Positions 27,599-36,175 of a DNA stretch of 64,000 bases are shown here, piece by piece. Position 1 is the first letter of the stretch; each line of letters opens with the position of its first letter. Position numbers and translations under genes: made by a program. This stretch comes from a virus (Duplodnaviria > Caudoviricetes). The notes beneath the pieces are model-generated. The model was not told the origin of the DNA, searched no databases, and saw only the letters and a list, made by a program, of their open reading frames with translations. The DNA lies in IMG/VR virus record IMGVR_UViG_3300020050_012045, positions 1 to 64,000 of that record. The stretch is one strand, 5' to 3'.

Positions 27599-28012
27599 TT
27601 AAAATTCGTTATTGTAGCCAATACCTTGGAATGAAAACGACCCAGACACTACGCCCTGAGCTGGGACGTTCCAGTCCTGGGACGTAATAGCGCATTTGTC
27701 GCAATTGAAAATGATGCTGTCAGTGACGCGATCGATGACAGTGATACTGAAGTACCGAGACCGAGCAAGGAAGGCATCGCGAGGAGCTATGCCTGCCCCC
27801 TCGATGCCGGCTGTGTTGTGCTTACGGTATAGCGACACAGACCCCGACACCTCGTGTGAGCCAGTAGCTATCTCAAATGGGAACACGGAGTCGATTCCCC
27901 GAATGGCACGAGTACCGCTGTTAACTGTCCATCTGAAGTCGCTTGCCACACCAAACAGTTTACCGTTAATGTAGACAGAGCAATCAGTTCCTGCTATTGT
28001 GGAATTCCTCAT
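27599..28012 (-). CDS. Tail tube-like protein
   Basis: 137-aa beta-rich, VYING, IRGIDS..P.EI, F.I.V.DR, SF.F.G. Confidence 0.6.
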   Translation of the reverse strand: MRNSTIAGTDCSVYINGKLFGVASDFRWTVNSGTRAIRGIDSVFPFEIATGSHEVSGSVSLYRKHNTAGIEGAGIAPRDAFLARSRYFSITVIDRVTDSIIFNCDKCAITSQDWNVPAQGVVSGSFSFQGIGYNNEF

Positions 28013-31000
28013 TGACCGTCACCTTCTCTTGCTGCCTGAAGCTCATTTTCGATGTCATCGCCAGCGTAAACGTAGACTACGTCAGACAACTTCTGGGCTC
28101 CTTCCGTGGGAAGACCATTGCCGCCAAGCCCGGTATCACCTGGGTACAGAACTTGCTTGTTAATGTGCAGGCCGACAGCTTTAATTGAGTCAATGTCATT
28201 GCCGGCTGCAATTCGACCAGCTGACGAAGCTGTAAGATACGTAACACCAATTCCTAAACTTGACTCTGGAGCATAGGGTGATGTCGAAATCAGAATACTT
28301 CCAACCGTTCCTATTTGATATCCACGGGGGAACGTGAATGAGCGGTCAAGCCGAAGGTCATTGCCAGCGACACCAAGATAGCGGATAGGTTCTGATTGAG
28401 TTTCGTATCCAAAATCAAGGACAATAAACCCTGGAGCGTCAGCGATCCCGTCAGTTGAGGTCAGTGACATTGTTGCTGGAGCTTGTCCTGGTGGAATCGC
28501 AACCGTCAATTCAGACACCAAGTTACCAATTGTGACACCTTCGGTCGTATCGAGAATGTAACCAGACTCAACCAGCCCGGCATCTGCATCTATCGGCGTG
28601 ATTTGCCCAGATTGCCAAGTAGTGATCCATTCGTGCTCTGGGGTGCTGAACTGAATCGAGGTCGGGGTAGGAACGGCATCGATCTTAAACGTCCCACTTA
28701 CCCCGCCGTCTGACACTTGCTGAAACATATTAAGAATGTGATAAACAGGCTGCGTTGGCGACACGACCAGAACCCGACCGTCATCTAGCGTACATGCCGG
28801 GGTGGTCGTCTCATAGTTGAACGTTGTTTCATCTCCGATTGACCAGAAGCGCAAAGAGTTAGTGAGACCGTGGAAGTTTACAATTTGTGGCGGCGGCCCA
28901 GCTGAGAAACCAAACGGCATTGCAGCTGTGCTTAAAGTCGTTCCGTTGAACAGAAGGGCAGTTCCGTTATTTAGAGGCAGAAGCTGTCCATGTCCGCGCG
29001 CAAGTCCGGTGTCGTACCTATCAACTACTGAGCGTGAGCTGATGTCGAAAATGAGTACGTTGCTTTGTACTGTGGCCGACCCATTGTACCCACCAATATA
29101 CCAGAGCTGACCACCAGGACCACGCTTCACATAGGTGAGGATCCCACCATTGCGAGAATCGCCAGCAGCAACTCGATAAGCGTACCAGCCGTTAGCTGTC
29201 GTTACAGGATCGGACGGGAAATTGACTTCGTAGACAAAGCGGTCAAGCCATATCCAGATGTTGTCGTTCCCATCGACAGTCATCCGAAGCTCGGTAGAGG
29301 CGGTTGCGTCAAGAACTGGGGCGACCATATCTGTCCAGATAGACGTATCTGGATCAAACTCCTCCACAAAAAGATCAAGCAGGTCCGTACCGGCTACGTA
29401 AACCTTTCCAGTGGCTCTTTTGACTAGCTGAGGGATAAATTGAGGATAGGGATGATTGGTTGCACCAGCTGGCGCAATCACATTTTCAGTTGGATCGTAA
29501 ATTTCAGACGTCGACGCTCCACCAAGCCCCCCGACAATGAGCACTCGACCACTGTCAAGGGTGATAGCCGCGCCGCCATATCGATCGACTAGGCTGCCAT
29601 CGAAGGTTTCTGACCACGTGTTAGTGTCTGGGTCATAAATGACCCAAGAGGATGGCTTGCGGACAAAAAATCTCCCGTCAAGCAATTTTGCTGATGGCTG
29701 GAGCGCAAAGCTGTAAGTGTTGTCAGTGTTGGTGTTTGCCATCGAGGCGAAGTAGTTGTCACGATCGACCAACGGGCTAAAATTCTCCAGCTGGACGTAT
29801 GATCCTGCGAGCAACCCGTGGTTCGAGTCAAACCCCATATCGACCACGCCATCAGAGCCACGGAATATGTCGAACTCTGTTGACTCGATAAGCGTTTGGC
29901 CATTGGCATAAAAGGCGGTCTTCTCATCACGAGCGATTGCGGCTGCTGTAGCTGGAAGTAGAATGTCTGCTTGGTTAGGATATGGCAATGCGGACGTAGC
30001 GAAGTAGTTCGAGGTCTTAGACAGAGTGGTTGCGCTGTCATCCAAGAACAAAACCGTATCAGTACCTACCTGAACTACCGGCGATTGAGCGACCGCGTCC
30101 GGGTTGTAGATTTCGACGTATTTATTGCCGAGATAGATACCCACATCTGTAATCTGAAATGAACCTCGATTGGCAGCGTTGAACGCTGAATCGTACAGGC
30201 TCAAGTAGTCGTCAGCGTAAACCTCTGTCAAGACTGGGTCGGTTCCGCCAAACCACCGCAACCAGACTTTGTTGTATGGAACCAACGGGTTGACCGCTTG
30301 GGTGATAACTTCCCATTCGACCCCTGGTACCGATACCGTGTCGATAATTTTAGGGAAGCGGAGCTTACTGACTGCCGTCCCGCCCGTTACTAGCAGGCTC
30401 CCATATAGGCCAAGCCATTTGTTAATCACCTGGACAGATTTCAGGCCAGTTGCGGGATCACTAACGTCTTGGGCATACGCTGACACAGAATTGGTCAAAA
30501 ACGCCCGATTGAGCACCTGTGCCACTTCAAACGCTGTAGCTTGGCCGATATTGGTAAAATCGTTGCTGGCAAACGTCACGGTGACCGAGGTGTCGTTAAT
30601 CTGTAGGTCTAAAGTGTCGTTGGCGCTCAAAACGAAGGGTTCGTTCAGCTCAGTTCTAAACGTAGCTGTTACCGCTTCATCCCCATAGTAGGCTCTTAGG
30701 ACTTCAAGGAAGGGGTGGTTAACAACTCGGTTGGCATTGATAGCAATTGCGAGCTGTCTGAGGGTTTCATCAGACAGACCAGTATTAGGCGAGCGATCAA
30801 CTGATATAGCATTTGTGAGTCTTTCGAGGTAAAGCCCGGACGCTGACCAAAAAAAGTTCTGATAAAACGCGGACTTAGCGGTTTCTGTCAAGATTTGGTC
30901 AGAATAACCAATAGCGGCGGCCATGGCGTTCCAGCCCGGCCCCTTGAAGTTAGGGTTCAAATTAGATCGATAAATGTCTTCTGCGGAGAAAGAGCGCCCA

Positions 31001-31332
31001 TTTTCTGCAAGAAATGCGGACTTCCCGGTGATGTCGAACTGCAACGGAAGCGAGGAGAAGGTGTCCCCTGACGGGGTTTCAATAACAGGCAGAATTGTCA
31101 GCTGCCAGGTGCCGATAGCCAGTTTATCGCTGTAAACCAGATCGACCGAGAATGGGTCACCGCTGACAGTGCGGATTTTGACAAGTGTGACACTTCCTGG
31201 GCCAGACAGGGTGTAATTTGCCTTGTAAGTAGCGTCATAGGCGACGTTATCGCGTGCCGTAAACGGGATTTTGGTGAATGTGACCCGCAAAACGGCTGGA
31301 GCGACAGGCGTTACGGAAGCGGAGAATGCCAT
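28009..31332 (-). CDS. Baseplate wedge-like structural protein with Kelch beta-propeller insert
   Basis: ASGLYLERL...LSDETLRQL wedge-like N-terminus; LLDGR, LDSGRVLIVGG..SEIYDP, YIGG Kelch repeats. Confidence 0.7.
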   Translation of the reverse strand: MAFSASVTPVAPAVLRVTFTKIPFTARDNVAYDATYKANYTLSGPGSVTLVKIRTVSGDPFSVDLVYSDKLAIGTWQLTILPVIETPSGDTFSSLPLQFDITGKSAFLAENGRSFSAEDIYRSNLNPNFKGPGWNAMAAAIGYSDQILTETAKSAFYQNFFWSASGLYLERLTNAISVDRSPNTGLSDETLRQLAIAINANRVVNHPFLEVLRAYYGDEAVTATFRTELNEPFVLSANDTLDLQINDTSVTVTFASNDFTNIGQATAFEVAQVLNRAFLTNSVSAYAQDVSDPATGLKSVQVINKWLGLYGSLLVTGGTAVSKLRFPKIIDTVSVPGVEWEVITQAVNPLVPYNKVWLRWFGGTDPVLTEVYADDYLSLYDSAFNAANRGSFQITDVGIYLGNKYVEIYNPDAVAQSPVVQVGTDTVLFLDDSATTLSKTSNYFATSALPYPNQADILLPATAAAIARDEKTAFYANGQTLIESTEFDIFRGSDGVVDMGFDSNHGLLAGSYVQLENFSPLVDRDNYFASMANTNTDNTYSFALQPSAKLLDGRFFVRKPSSWVIYDPDTNTWSETFDGSLVDRYGGAAITLDSGRVLIVGGLGGASTSEIYDPTENVIAPAGATNHPYPQFIPQLVKRATGKVYVAGTDLLDLFVEEFDPDTSIWTDMVAPVLDATASTELRMTVDGNDNIWIWLDRFVYEVNFPSDPVTTANGWYAYRVAAGDSRNGGILTYVKRGPGGQLWYIGGYNGSATVQSNVLIFDISSRSVVDRYDTGLARGHGQLLPLNNGTALLFNGTTLSTAAMPFGFSAGPPPQIVNFHGLTNSLRFWSIGDETTFNYETTTPACTLDDGRVLVVSPTQPVYHILNMFQQVSDGGVSGTFKIDAVPTPTSIQFSTPEHEWITTWQSGQITPIDADAGLVESGYILDTTEGVTIGNLVSELTVAIPPGQAPATMSLTSTDGIADAPGFIVLDFGYETQSEPIRYLGVAGNDLRLDRSFTFPRGYQIGTVGSILISTSPYAPESSLGIGVTYLTASSAGRIAAGNDIDSIKAVGLHINKQVLYPGDTGLGGNGLPTEGAQKLSDVVYVYAGDDIENELQAAREGDGQ

Positions 31333-31363
31333 TAGTTGACCACCGGGTGGGAAGACTGAGTGA

Positions 31364-31370
31364 AAGATTG
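31364..31370 (-). promoter_or_regulatory. CAATCTT motif (putative late promoter); GCTACTA also on - strand at 31393-31399
   Basis: 31 nt upstream of ATG 31332. Confidence 0.7.
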
Positions 31371-31396
31371 CGGGCTTGTATAGTCTAAGCTATAGT
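31368..31396 (+). promoter_or_regulatory. sigma70-like promoter, leaderless geometry
   Basis: TTGCGG-N17-TATAGT-N6-ATG(31403). Confidence 0.6.
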
Positions 31397-31402
31397 AGCC
31401 GT

Positions 31403-32074
31403 ATGACGTCAAAATCGCTTACAATTTGCATGATTTCGGATACGCATTCCATGCAGGATAACCTAGATATGCCGTTTGCGGACCTGCTTATCGTAGCTGG
31501 GGACATCTGCGGGCGTGGGACGGTCCAGGAGGTCAAGCAGTTTAACAGATGGCTAGGCGACCAAAAGCTGACCTACGGATACAAAAAGGTTATTTTTGTG
31601 CCAGGAAACCACGATGAGCCGTTAGTTAACCCAGACAACTACTCACTCCTAAGCGAATCAGAGGTTCTGGTTAACCGCCGCTTTGAATACGAAGGGCTGG
31701 TGTTCTATGGCTCCCCATACGTTACCGTCTATGGGGATTGGGACTTCCAGCTTGGGCCAGTTCACTTACGAGACAACTGGGCTAAAATCCCAGATGACGT
31801 CAATGTCCTGGTTACTCATATGCCGGCTTACGGAACGCTGGATAACGTCGAACAAGGCCGTCGTGGACAGGTTTTTGGGGTTGGTTGTGTTCACCTTAAG
31901 GACAGGATTGAAGATCTCCCTGATTTGAAGCTCCATGTATTCGGTCACCTGCACCTTGATGGCGGCCAAATGAAACAGGTTGGACGTTACGTCGCCTGTA
32001 ACGCTGCAATGGCCACGGAAGAATACACTGTTGGAGAAAGACAGCCTCAGCTAATTATTTTGAAAGATATGTGA
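31403..32074 (+). CDS. Calcineurin-like metallophosphoesterase
   Basis: ISDTH, AGD, PGNHD, VTH, FGHLH. Confidence 0.9.
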   Translation: MTSKSLTICMISDTHSMQDNLDMPFADLLIVAGDICGRGTVQEVKQFNRWLGDQKLTYGYKKVIFVPGNHDEPLVNPDNYSLLSESEVLVNRRFEYEGLVFYGSPYVTVYGDWDFQLGPVHLRDNWAKIPDDVNVLVTHMPAYGTLDNVEQGRRGQVFGVGCVHLKDRIEDLPDLKLHVFGHLHLDGGQMKQVGRYVACNAAMATEEYTVGERQPQLIILKDM

Positions 32075-32082
32075 CCAGCCTG

Positions 32083-32110
32083 TTGACTTTTAATTCAGTT
32101 CTGATATTGT
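32083..32110 (+). promoter_or_regulatory. sigma70-like promoter, leaderless geometry
   Basis: TTGACT-N16-(TGA)TATTGT-N6-ATG(32117). Confidence 0.7.
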
Positions 32111-32116
32111 TGCTTC

Positions 32117-32695
32117 ATGAGCAACCTTCTTCCTTCTCAAAAATCCGTCCAAGCCGCAATCCAAAACCTGGCCAAGAAATATGGCGATCAAGCTCGTACG
32201 AGCATGTACGCCAAAGTGGGTGTAAACAACGAACGTGCATGTGTCACTAACGGACACTCCGCTTTGTTCTGGCCATGTAATTTTAAGTCTGGTGTGTACA
32301 CGCTCGATGGCGGCGCGCTAGAGGGGCAGTTTCCTGATGTCGATTACGTTGTTCCGCGATTGAGCGAAACTCAATCCTTCTCTGGGGTATTAAATTTGCC
32401 ACAAGGAGATAAAGATAACTATTCTCTCTTGGTCGCCGGTGGCACGCCATTTTGGGCGATCCCAGCAACATTCCGTACCTACAAGGACCAACACGCTTCT
32501 TCGCTGTTTGGTGGGACTGGACCAACCAATACGTTTGACGGGAAGTACCTGCAACTTCTGGCAAAATTCTTCGAGTCCACTACACTGTACTTCACCTGCT
32601 TCTCCGAAGTGTCTCCGGTGTTGATCACGTTGTCAAAGCCAACTGAAGACTTCACCAAAGGCAAGTTTGCAATTATGATGGGTATGCGCGTTTAA
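32117..32695 (+). CDS. Truncated DNA pol III beta-clamp-like protein
   Basis: CVTNGH, EGQFPDVDYVVP, FDGKYL, SPV, C-terminal IMMGMRV resemble DnaN motifs; only 192 aa. Confidence 0.55.
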   Translation: MSNLLPSQKSVQAAIQNLAKKYGDQARTSMYAKVGVNNERACVTNGHSALFWPCNFKSGVYTLDGGALEGQFPDVDYVVPRLSETQSFSGVLNLPQGDKDNYSLLVAGGTPFWAIPATFRTYKDQHASSLFGGTGPTNTFDGKYLQLLAKFFESTTLYFTCFSEVSPVLITLSKPTEDFTKGKFAIMMGMRV

Positions 32696-32701
32696 TAGTG
32701 C

Positions 32702-32730
32702 TTGATTTTAATTTTCACCAATGATACACT
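32702..32730 (+). promoter_or_regulatory. sigma70-like promoter with leader and SD
   Basis: TTGATT-N17-TACACT, then AGGAG. Confidence 0.7.
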
Positions 32731-32748
32731 GACCTCAGGAGATACCAA

Positions 32749-33672
32749 ATGATTATCAACCTCGAAAAAGCAACCACTGCCCAAGAAGCTCTCGAAACCG
32801 CTAAGTTGAACTGGACCGTCAATGTCCAGCCAATGAACGCACAACTTGCTAACGGAACAATCGTCAACGTTCCAGGCAATAACCTAGTAGTCCGTGAAGA
32901 CAACAAGGTTTTGGGAGTCGTTGGCTCCCGATATCGCTCAGCAAACAACGCTGACATCTTCAAGGTGGCGGATGACGTCATCGCCCAAATCGGTGGGTTT
33001 TACGACCGAGCCCTGGTGTTCAAGGGTGACCGCCAAGTGGTTTTGCAGGTCAAACTGCCAACCACCTTGACTCTTGGTAAGGACGTGGTGGCTCGCTACC
33101 TCACCCTGACCAACTCGTTCGACGGCTCGATTGCCTTGAAGGGCTTCGTGACCCCAGTGCGTATCCTGTGCCAAAACATGGTGGCAATGGCAATGAAGCG
33201 TGCCAATGACTCAATCACGATCCGTCACTCGTCACAGGTCCAAGACCGTCTGAATGATGTGGGTCGTTTGCTGAAGCTGACCGCTGACTACCACCAACGC
33301 TATGACCAGTTGGCTGGAGCATTGTACTCAGCCAAGTTCTCGTTCGGTCAAATGAACCAACTGGCGTCCGAGCTGATCCCAGTCAAGGTCAACGAAGACG
33401 GCGAGGAGTTCGACTCGACTCGTGCCCGTAACAACCGTGACCAGCTCGTGGCATTGTTCGAGGGTGGCCGTGGTCACAAGGAGTCTGAAATCGTTGGAAC
33501 GGCATGGGCGGCTTACAATGCTGTCGCTGAGTACGTTGACCATGTTCGCTCTTCCCGAGTTGGTGCTGGTGGCGACACCACAACCAAGCGTTTAGAGTCT
33601 GCATACTTCGGTTCTGGACTGGCTATGAAGACCCGATCTTTAGATTTGATTCGTTCCGCAACTGGTGTATAA
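32749..33672 (+). CDS. DUF932 family phage/plasmid protein
   Basis: LNWTV, VRED..VLGVVG.RY, NSFDGS, TPVRILCQN, IRHS, GTAWAAYNAVAEYVDH. Confidence 0.9.
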   Translation: MIINLEKATTAQEALETAKLNWTVNVQPMNAQLANGTIVNVPGNNLVVREDNKVLGVVGSRYRSANNADIFKVADDVIAQIGGFYDRALVFKGDRQVVLQVKLPTTLTLGKDVVARYLTLTNSFDGSIALKGFVTPVRILCQNMVAMAMKRANDSITIRHSSQVQDRLNDVGRLLKLTADYHQRYDQLAGALYSAKFSFGQMNQLASELIPVKVNEDGEEFDSTRARNNRDQLVALFEGGRGHKESEIVGTAWAAYNAVAEYVDHVRSSRVGAGGDTTTKRLESAYFGSGLAMKTRSLDLIRSATGV

Positions 33673-33673
33673 T
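33646..33673 (+). promoter_or_regulatory. sigma70-like promoter overlapping the DUF932 stop
   Basis: TTGATT-N16-TATAAT with upstream TG. Confidence 0.5.
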
Positions 33674-33693
33674 CAAGTTGCACATACGGTGGA

Positions 33694-33723
33694 CGCCGCC
33701 GCCCTAATTCTGGGGCGGCGGCG
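33694..33723. other. Strong GC hairpin without U-tract
   Basis: CGCCGCCGCCC-TAATTCTG-GGGCGGCGGCG. Confidence 0.7.
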
Positions 33724-33744
33724 AATACTGTCGGAAAGAACTCT

Positions 33745-33963
33745 ATGGATGACAAGACCCTGGCCCAGATGACTCAGATGCTAGAGGCAAAAATCACCCA
33801 TACGATTCGGACATCTAAGCGGACCAAAAACTTTAAGGTTTACTTGGACCTGCTTGGTGTGACATACAAGCAGGCGGTCATGCTTAGCGATTTAGTAAAA
33901 ATGTGCGAACGAATTGCAAGCGAATCAGATCCGTCTCATTTTGAAATCACGGATGAGGTTTAA
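33745..33963 (+). CDS. small hypothetical protein
   Basis: Abuts helicase start. Confidence 0.6.
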   Translation: MDDKTLAQMTQMLEAKITHTIRTSKRTKNFKVYLDLLGVTYKQAVMLSDLVKMCERIASESDPSHFEITDEV

Positions 33964-35199
33964 GTGTCAGAAATTGTTCTAACCGAAGCGCAGCAAGACG
34001 GCGTCGACATGGCCATGGCGCTTGCGGCCAGTGGTTGTAAAATCGGTGTCTTGGCGGGCGTAGCAGGATCAGGTAAGACTACATCACTAAAGCACATCAC
34101 CAACCAGATTGAGTGCCAGCTTATCGCGCCAACAGGCCGTGCCGCCTCCCGAATGTCTGAGTTGACAGGGAAGTCAGCGTCCACCGTCCATCGTTGGCTG
34201 TATGAGCCTGAGGACCGCCTAGATGGTCATGTGACGTTCAAGCGACGTGCGATTGACAAGGTACCTGTTCCTGCTGGCAAGCTGGTCGTGGTTGATGAGT
34301 CCTCTATGATCAACGAGGAGATGTTTCGAGATATCGTCGACACGTGTCAGGCAATCAATTGTGCCGTCCTGTTTGTCGGTGACCCGTTCCAGCTTCCCCC
34401 GGTCAGCAAAGACAGGAATGATGATTTCTCCATCTTCTCGGACAAGTTCAAGTATGACGCCAAAGTCAACTTGACAGACGTTATGCGACAGGCCGAGAAG
34501 AACCCTATCATCAGGATGACCAAGCTAATTCGAGAGGGTGAGCTGTCGGACGCGATGGAGATGGTAGACCTAGTTTACGGTTCACCAGACGACAAAATCA
34601 TTGAAGTGGTTGAATCTGGTGGGATGGTCATTTGTCATACCAACAAAGCCCGTCTTCACATGAACAAGTATTACCGGCAGTTGGCTGAAAAGACTGAGCT
34701 AGAGATAGGCGAACCCCTGCTTATCCTTAAGAACTGTTACCGACTTGGGGCTATGAATGGCGAGACGTATCAGTTCACTGGATACGGAGACTTCCTTGGT
34801 GAGAAAACGGTTTACTGTCCAATCTCTAAGAAAGAGGTCAAGTTGTCGTTTTTTATGACCCAGTTAGCTGGGATGGACTGTATCATGTCTCAAGAGATCA
34901 TTGAAGGTCAGCATCAAGAGGTAAGCATTTCGTCAATCGAGCGAGTCCTGAACTACTGGGTGCGGAATGGCACCCCTTACGTCCATGCAAACTACGGTTA
35001 CGCTCTATCTGCCCACAAATCGCAGGGTTGCCAGAGTTCCAAAGTGTTAGTCTGTCTTGAACCAACCGTTGATCTGTACTCCAGCTTTGGCCAACGATGG
35101 GCATATACAGCGTTCACACGGGCGATCGATAAAGTGTCAGCAATGTACTTGTCTCGCAACCCTGAACAAGATTTGCCATTGACAACCAAAATCAAGTGA
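33964..35199 (+). CDS. Dda/RecD-like SF1B helicase
   Basis: GVAGSGKTT, APTGRAA, STVH, VDESSM, GDPFQLPPV, RQA, YALSAHKSQG, YTAFTRA. Confidence 0.93.
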   Translation: MSEIVLTEAQQDGVDMAMALAASGCKIGVLAGVAGSGKTTSLKHITNQIECQLIAPTGRAASRMSELTGKSASTVHRWLYEPEDRLDGHVTFKRRAIDKVPVPAGKLVVVDESSMINEEMFRDIVDTCQAINCAVLFVGDPFQLPPVSKDRNDDFSIFSDKFKYDAKVNLTDVMRQAEKNPIIRMTKLIREGELSDAMEMVDLVYGSPDDKIIEVVESGGMVICHTNKARLHMNKYYRQLAEKTELEIGEPLLILKNCYRLGAMNGETYQFTGYGDFLGEKTVYCPISKKEVKLSFFMTQLAGMDCIMSQEIIEGQHQEVSISSIERVLNYWVRNGTPYVHANYGYALSAHKSQGCQSSKVLVCLEPTVDLYSSFGQRWAYTAFTRAIDKVSAMYLSRNPEQDLPLTTKIK

Positions 35200-35207
35200 T
35201 GATAAAT
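35179..35207 (+). promoter_or_regulatory. sigma70-like promoter, leaderless geometry
   Basis: TTGACA-N17/18-(A)TAAAT, in-frame ATG at 35215. Confidence 0.55.
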
Positions 35208-35214
35208 GTTAACT

Positions 35215-35511
35215 ATGGTTATCGACGCAAACCACTTGCTGCAATACATAGCCGAAGAACGTTACTGGCAAGCTGCCTCTATCGCTAGCGTCTTGCGTAA
35301 GCAGGCGTACGAAAACAACACACATCTTTTAGCGGAAGAGCTTGACAAGTTTATCGACTTAGTTGTATCAGCAACAGGGAACCCTGAACGGTTTGCTGCA
35401 ATGCGACATGAGTGGAACCTGGCAATTCTACTTCGTCGCAGGCCGATGGATTTGCTACCAAAGCATTCTAAAGTACATGTAGACCCTGAAGAGTTTGAAA
35501 TCACGTTTTGA
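35215..35511 (+). CDS. hypothetical protein
   Basis: ORF; start 35206 or 35215. Confidence 0.6.
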   Translation: MVIDANHLLQYIAEERYWQAASIASVLRKQAYENNTHLLAEELDKFIDLVVSATGNPERFAAMRHEWNLAILLRRRPMDLLPKHSKVHVDPEEFEITF

Positions 35512-35522
35512 TGGAGAGTTAA

Positions 35523-35753
35523 ATGATCGATGACCTGTGTATTCGCATCTACCTAGCTTCGCACGTTCCTAGTGGATTTCACACTTACCTTCCACCTGGA
35601 GATAGTTCGATTTTCTGGGTAGCATATGTACCTAATGTTTTCAAGAATACTCATATCAGTTTTCTTGAGTCGACCTCTTTCAGCCGTGACGCAGTGTCAG
35701 AGGTTATCGAAGTCCCAGATGGTCAGCTGTACCTAGGAAGGAACCCACTGTGA
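35523..35753 (+). CDS. hypothetical protein
   Basis: SD GGAG. Confidence 0.6.
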   Translation: MIDDLCIRIYLASHVPSGFHTYLPPGDSSIFWVAYVPNVFKNTHISFLESTSFSRDAVSEVIEVPDGQLYLGRNPL

Positions 35754-36175
35754 AGAAACTTGTGACTAGTTTTGAGGAACTTAAAGAGGCGGCCAAACTG
35801 CTTGTTGGCGAGTGGATCAATCGCATCGAACATCTCGGTTCCGACCCAGAAGATGATGCCGGCTCTTGGAAGATGAAGATCGGAGCAAATCGTCATGGAC
35901 GGTGCGCTGTCCTGGTGGGGTTTCGTCCACAGGGATTTACGTTGATTTATTGGGGGATTTCACTCTGCAAGAAAGGCGATAAATTTGACCGCGATCTGGG
36001 CTTTTCAATCGCCAAAAAGCGAGCAATGGAAGCGTATCGTGATAAGGTGATGACAACCAGTGACCAAAATCGAGCACTGTCAATGACTGACGACGGGCTG
36101 GCTGGGGTTGTTCGATTGGAAAATCACAGCGAACTTCGCCAGTATTTCCGCGAACGGGCAAAGCTTATTAACTAA
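35750..36175 (+). CDS. hypothetical phage protein
   Basis: G.S.C...D.FDR..G..IA..RA motif common in small phage proteins. Confidence 0.65.
   Translation: MKKLVTSFEELKEAAKLLVGEWINRIEHLGSDPEDDAGSWKMKIGANRHGRCAVLVGFRPQGFTLIYWGISLCKKGDKFDRDLGFSIAKKRAMEAYRDKVMTTSDQNRALSMTDDGLAGVVRLENHSELRQYFRERAKLIN

Noticed and set aside
33694-33723. Intrinsic terminator call for the GC hairpin
   Set aside because: No U-tract on either strand
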